Origin: Deltaproteobacteria bacterium
GTDB taxonomy: Bacteria; CG2-30-53-67
Assembly: GCA_013151235.1 (NCBI GenBank)
Contig: JAADIO010000022.1
Location: 68,256-112,590 of the forward strand
Reading direction: 5' to 3'
Length of the DNA stretch: 44,335 bases
Below are positions 40,549-44,335 of the stretch, piece after piece; position 1 is the first letter of the stretch; each line of letters opens with the position of its first letter. The translations under genes were made by a program, and so were the position numbers. Under the pieces are notes generated by a model. It was not told the origin of the DNA. It was given only the letters and a program-made list of their open reading frames with translations, and searched no databases.

Positions 40549-41403
40549 ATGGCAATTCTCTACATGCTCCTCGCTTCAGCATCCTTTACGACCATGTCGG
40601 CGCTGGTCAAAACCATTGGGCAACAGATTCCTCCTCTGGAACTGGTCTTTCTCCGCTGCTGCCTTGCCATCCCGATTCTCTATTTCATCGTCCGGCACAG
40701 AAAGCGCCCCCTCATTGTGAAGGCGAAAAAGGTCATCCTGCTGCGCTCCCTCTTCGGTACCGTGGCCATGACCGGTTTTTTCTACGCTCTGGCACATATG
40801 CCCCTGGCCGAGTGTATCTTCATCGGCCGGTCCCAACCCCTGATCCTTTCTCTCCTCGCCCCCGTCATCATCGGTGAGCGGGCGCCCCGTTCGGCCTGGT
40901 TCGCCATCCTGGCCGGGCTCATCGGGGTCGTGCTGATTATGAAACCGGCCATGGCCTGGCCCCTGGCCGCCTGGGTTGCTCTGGGTGCGGCCGCCTCCTC
41001 GGCACTGGCCCATCTTCTCGTCCGGCGGCTGAACGCAACCGACTTTCCTCTCGTCATCGTCTTTAACTTTACGATCCTGACGGCCCTCTTCACCGCCTTC
41101 GGGGTCCTTCCCTTTTTTGTTCCGCCGGCCCCGATGCAATGGATGCTCATCGCCGGGGTCGCCCTTTTCGCCAGCACGGGCCAGCTCCTCATGACCCTGG
41201 CTTACCAGAAAGACCGGGCCCCCGTCGTGGCCGCTGCGAGCTACGCATCGGTGATTCTCTCCATCGTCTACGGCTACTTCTTCTGGGGCGAGGTCCCCCA
41301 GCCTCTGGCCTGGCTCGGCGGTGGACTGATCGTGGCCGGGGGACTGTTTCTCCTCCGGGCCCGGTTCCATGTAACGGAGCCGGCCTCACCGGCGGCAACC
41401 TGA
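40549..41403 (+). CDS. DMT/EamA family transporter
   Basis: Two EamA repeats; LVFLR, LAPVIIGER, GYFFWGEVP. Confidence 0.9.
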   Translation: MAILYMLLASASFTTMSALVKTIGQQIPPLELVFLRCCLAIPILYFIVRHRKRPLIVKAKKVILLRSLFGTVAMTGFFYALAHMPLAECIFIGRSQPLILSLLAPVIIGERAPRSAWFAILAGLIGVVLIMKPAMAWPLAAWVALGAAASSALAHLLVRRLNATDFPLVIVFNFTILTALFTAFGVLPFFVPPAPMQWMLIAGVALFASTGQLLMTLAYQKDRAPVVAAASYASVILSIVYGYFFWGEVPQPLAWLGGGLIVAGGLFLLRARFHVTEPASPAAT

Positions 41404-41519
41404 ACGTTTCCCGGTCTTTCCATTGCCCAAGAGGGATTCACGGAGTTGCACAGGATCCGGCTTTGGGGTAAGATATTTTTCAATCCGTCGATGAACCGAT
41501 TTTCAGATCACAGGAGGCG

Positions 41520-42482
41520 TTGGTGAATCATAATCTTTTTGAAGAAAAAATCGCTTCGATTACCGGGGAAGGACTCTTTTCCGACGGGATTGAGATCCTG
41601 CAGGTCAACCTGGGTCTCAAGTGCAATCAGGCCTGCAGCCATTGTCATGTTGATGCTTCTCCGCTGCGCAAGGAAGAGATGAGATGGCCGACGATGGAAC
41701 GGGTCCTCGAAACGGCCGGGACCGTGCATCCCTCCGTCATCGATCTGACCGGCGGCGCGCCGGAGCTGAACCCTTTCTTTCGAAAATTCGTGACGGCCCT
41801 TCGTGCCCGGGGGCATTTCGTCCAGGTCCGCTCCAACCTGACGGTCGCGACGGAGCCGGGAATGGAGGACCTGCCGGAATTCTTCCTGAAACACGGCGTC
41901 GGTCTCGTCGCCTCTCTTCCCTGCTACCTGGAAGAGAACGTCCGCGCCCAGCGGGGTCCCGGCGTCTATGAGAAGAGTATTGCAGTCCTTCAGCGACTCA
42001 ATCGGATCGGATACGGAATCGACGATGACAAGCCGCTGAACCTTGTCTATAACCCCGGCGGGGCCTTCCTTCCCCCGGAGCAGGGAAAACTGGAAGCCGA
42101 CTACCGGCGGGAATTGCAGCAGCGCTTCGGAATCTCTTTCACCCATCTTCTGACCATTGCTAATATGCCGATCGGCCGGCTCGGCGGAAAACTCCGGCAG
42201 GCGCATGAGGAGCAAAAATATTTCTCCCTCCTCCGGGAGTCTTTCAACCCGGGGACGCTTTCCGGCCTGATGTGCCGACACCAGATCAGTATCGCCTGGG
42301 ACGGCCGGGTCTACGATTGCGATTTCAATCTTGCTCTGGGATACCCCGTGAATCACGGCGCCCCGGACCGGATCGAGGACTTCGATAAAACCGTCCTTGA
42401 AAAAAGACGAATCGTTACCGGCAATCACTGTTTCGGCTGCACCGCCGGTTCCGGTTCCTCCTGTGCAGGAGCACTGGTCTGA
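41520..42482 (+). CDS. ArsS-like radical SAM / Cys-rich (DUF3641) protein, Cys form
   Basis: LQVNLGLKCNQACSHCHV, DLTGGAPELN, ASLPCY, YDCDFN, HCFGCTAGSGSSC. Confidence 0.85.
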   Translation: MVNHNLFEEKIASITGEGLFSDGIEILQVNLGLKCNQACSHCHVDASPLRKEEMRWPTMERVLETAGTVHPSVIDLTGGAPELNPFFRKFVTALRARGHFVQVRSNLTVATEPGMEDLPEFFLKHGVGLVASLPCYLEENVRAQRGPGVYEKSIAVLQRLNRIGYGIDDDKPLNLVYNPGGAFLPPEQGKLEADYRRELQQRFGISFTHLLTIANMPIGRLGGKLRQAHEEQKYFSLLRESFNPGTLSGLMCRHQISIAWDGRVYDCDFNLALGYPVNHGAPDRIEDFDKTVLEKRRIVTGNHCFGCTAGSGSSCAGALV

Positions 42483-42534
42483 AAAGAGGGCGACCCCGGA
42501 ATTTCGACACAGTACGGAAGGAAGGAGAATCCCC

Positions 42535-44055
42535 GTGACTCATCGTTCTGAGGTCCTGCCCGAAGACCAATACAACCACACGCTCGTCGCCAATGTTCAT
42601 CCCACAGACTGGATCAATCCGGAACCGGCTCCCCGGTACAATCTGGTCGTCATCGGCGGCGGCACGGCCGGCCTCGTCACGGCGGCCGGCGCCGCAGGCC
42701 TGGGCGCCAGGGTTGCCCTCATCGAGCGCAACCTCCTGGGCGGAGACTGTCTGAATGTCGGGTGTGTTCCCTCCAAATGCCTGATCCGCTCCTCCCGGGT
42801 CGCAGCCGATGTGCAAAGCGCCGCCGATTTCGGAATCCATGTCCCGGAGGGTTCCGGCGCGGACTTTGCCGCTGTCATGGAACGGATGCGAAGGCTTCGA
42901 AGCCGAATCAGTCACCACGACTCGGCGGCACGCCTCCGGGACTTGGGTGTGGATCTCTTCTTGGGAGAAGGAAGGTTCTCCGGTCCCGATACCATCGATG
43001 CGGAAGGAAAAACCCTCCGTTTCAGGAAAGCCGTCCTTGCCACCGGCGCCCGGGCCTATCACCCCCCGATCCCGGGACTTTCCGAGGCGGGGTTTCTGAC
43101 CAACGAAACGGTCTTCTCCCTGACCGAACGCCCGCCCCGTCTCGTCGTCTTCGGCGCGGGTCCCTTGGGGTGCGAACTGGCACAGACCTTTCAGCGCCTC
43201 GGATCAAAGGTCACCATCATCGAGCGGGCCGCCCAGTTTCTCACCCGGGAAGACCCGGATGCGGCAAGACTCATCTCCGATGCCTTCGCCCGGGACGGAA
43301 TCGACGTCCGCCTCAATACGGTAGTCGAAAAGGTCGCCCGGCGGGGAGAGGAAAAGGTGATCCACCTGAAGACCGATGGAAAAGAGGAGAAACTGATCGT
43401 CGATGAAGTTCTCGTCGGGGCGGGACGGGCACCGAACGTGGAGGGGCTGAACCTCGAGGGAGTGGGGGTCGAATACGATATCCGGCGGGGGGTAACGGTC
43501 AATGATTTTTTACAGACGACAAACCCGCGAATCTATGCGGCGGGGGACATCTGCCTTGCCTATAAATTCACCCATACCGCCGACGCCGCAGCACGGATCG
43601 TCATTCAGAATACCCTCTTTATGGGACGCAAACGGCAGAGCAGACTCACGATTCCCTGGTGTACCTATACCGACCCGGAGATCGCCCATGTGGGAATGTA
43701 TGAAAAGGATGCCGCAGCGAAAGGGATCGCCGTCGACACCTTCACCCGCCTGATGAGCGAGGTCGACCGGGCGATCGCCGACGGAGAAGAGGAAGGATTT
43801 GTGAAGATTCATGTGAAAAAGGGGAGCGACAAGATTCTGGGAGCCACGATCGTCGCCCGTCATGCCGGAGAGATGATCAACGAGATTACCCTGGCCATGG
43901 TCGGCGGGATCGGCCTGTCAAAGCTGGCCAACGTCATTCACTCCTACCCCACGCAGGCGGAAGCGGTCCGGCAGACGGCCGATGCCTATAACCGGACCCG
44001 GCTGACCCCCTTCGTGAAAGGCCTCTTTTCCCGCTGGCTTGCCTGGACCCGATGA
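42535..44055 (+). CDS. MerA/LPD-like FAD-dependent disulfide oxidoreductase
   Basis: GGGTAG, GGDCLNVGCVPSK, GAGPLGCE, HSYPTQAE; no C-terminal CC; GTG start at 42535 after AAGGAG. Confidence 0.85.
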   Translation: MTHRSEVLPEDQYNHTLVANVHPTDWINPEPAPRYNLVVIGGGTAGLVTAAGAAGLGARVALIERNLLGGDCLNVGCVPSKCLIRSSRVAADVQSAADFGIHVPEGSGADFAAVMERMRRLRSRISHHDSAARLRDLGVDLFLGEGRFSGPDTIDAEGKTLRFRKAVLATGARAYHPPIPGLSEAGFLTNETVFSLTERPPRLVVFGAGPLGCELAQTFQRLGSKVTIIERAAQFLTREDPDAARLISDAFARDGIDVRLNTVVEKVARRGEEKVIHLKTDGKEEKLIVDEVLVGAGRAPNVEGLNLEGVGVEYDIRRGVTVNDFLQTTNPRIYAAGDICLAYKFTHTADAAARIVIQNTLFMGRKRQSRLTIPWCTYTDPEIAHVGMYEKDAAAKGIAVDTFTRLMSEVDRAIADGEEEGFVKIHVKKGSDKILGATIVARHAGEMINEITLAMVGGIGLSKLANVIHSYPTQAEAVRQTADAYNRTRLTPFVKGLFSRWLAWTR

Positions 44056-44118
44056 AAAATTCCTTCCGGCACTCTCCCGAAATCGGGCTTGCAAACGGAG
44101 GACAAGCAGGATATATTT

Positions 44119-44321
44119 GATGGTGTCGTAAAAAGTCACGCAGCCCTTCGACCCTTCGACCAGCTCAGGACAGGCGTGCTCAGGGCGAACGGTGTAAGTG
44201 ATTGATATTCCGTTCGTGTGGTTCGGCAAGCTTCCGAGCATGGTGAGCTTGCCGAACCACATGCTCGGAAGCCTGTCGAACCATGAACGGAATCCGGAAA
44301 ACGACTTTTTACGACTTCATC
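44119..44321. mobile_element. Family B MITE, full copy with nested palindromic inserts
   Basis: TIRs gatggtgtcgtaaaaagtc / gactttttacgacttcatc; flanked by the direct repeat atattt (44113-44118 and 44322-44327). Confidence 0.85.
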
Positions 44322-44335
44322 ATATTTGAGTCAGT

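Noticed and set aside
42440..42500. Selenocysteine readthrough in the ArsS-like gene
   Set aside because: The Sec-equivalent position is TGT (Cys), and the TGA falls at the normal family end.
42535..44055. Mercury resistance (merA)
   Set aside because: No C-terminal Cys-Cys pair, no NmerA domain and no merR/T/P nearby.
43918..44262. 114-aa ORF containing PEHACPELVEG
   Set aside because: It is a translation of the repeat element and overlaps the reductase on the opposite strand.
44119..44321. CRISPR array or tRNA
   Set aside because: The palindromes are not regularly spaced with unique spacers, there are no cas genes and no cloverleaf fold is evident.

Overview
GC-rich bacterial chromosomal window. 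Gene order and repeat content resemble Deltaproteobacteria/Desulfobacterota-like anaerobes (inference). From left to right it holds: a partial hypA divergent from a four-gene group 3b [NiFe] (sulf)hydrogenase operon; a PerR/Fur regulator with a short rubrerythrin; a PPi-type phosphofructokinase; a Ca2+/Na+ antiporter; a hypothetical-ftsE-ftsX-envC-ctpA operon; an M20 peptidase; acyP, tatA, mobA and a BON lipoprotein; a YidD-like + TPR pair; lpxC; DUF362-TusA-DsrE; maeB; a DUF4388/receiver/GAF-HD-GYP/HDOD signalling cluster; a LysM protein; the core block rplU-rpmA-obgE-proB-proA-nadD-rsfS-rlmH-lapAB-gpmI-comF; a repeat-flanked hicBA + XRE-pseudogene islet; and a DMT-ArsS-like radical SAM-MerA-like oxidoreductase cluster. 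No rRNA, tRNA, CRISPR array or transposase was seen. Most notable: the hydrogenase large subunit has no C-terminal extension; lpxC has a sigma54 + IHF promoter; rsfS appears to need a non-canonical ATC/ATT start; there is an unannotated 46-aa basic protein; and there are two MITE-like families, one inserted at the pfk promoter and one with nested palindromes. All calls come from motif recognition by eye; no searches were run.
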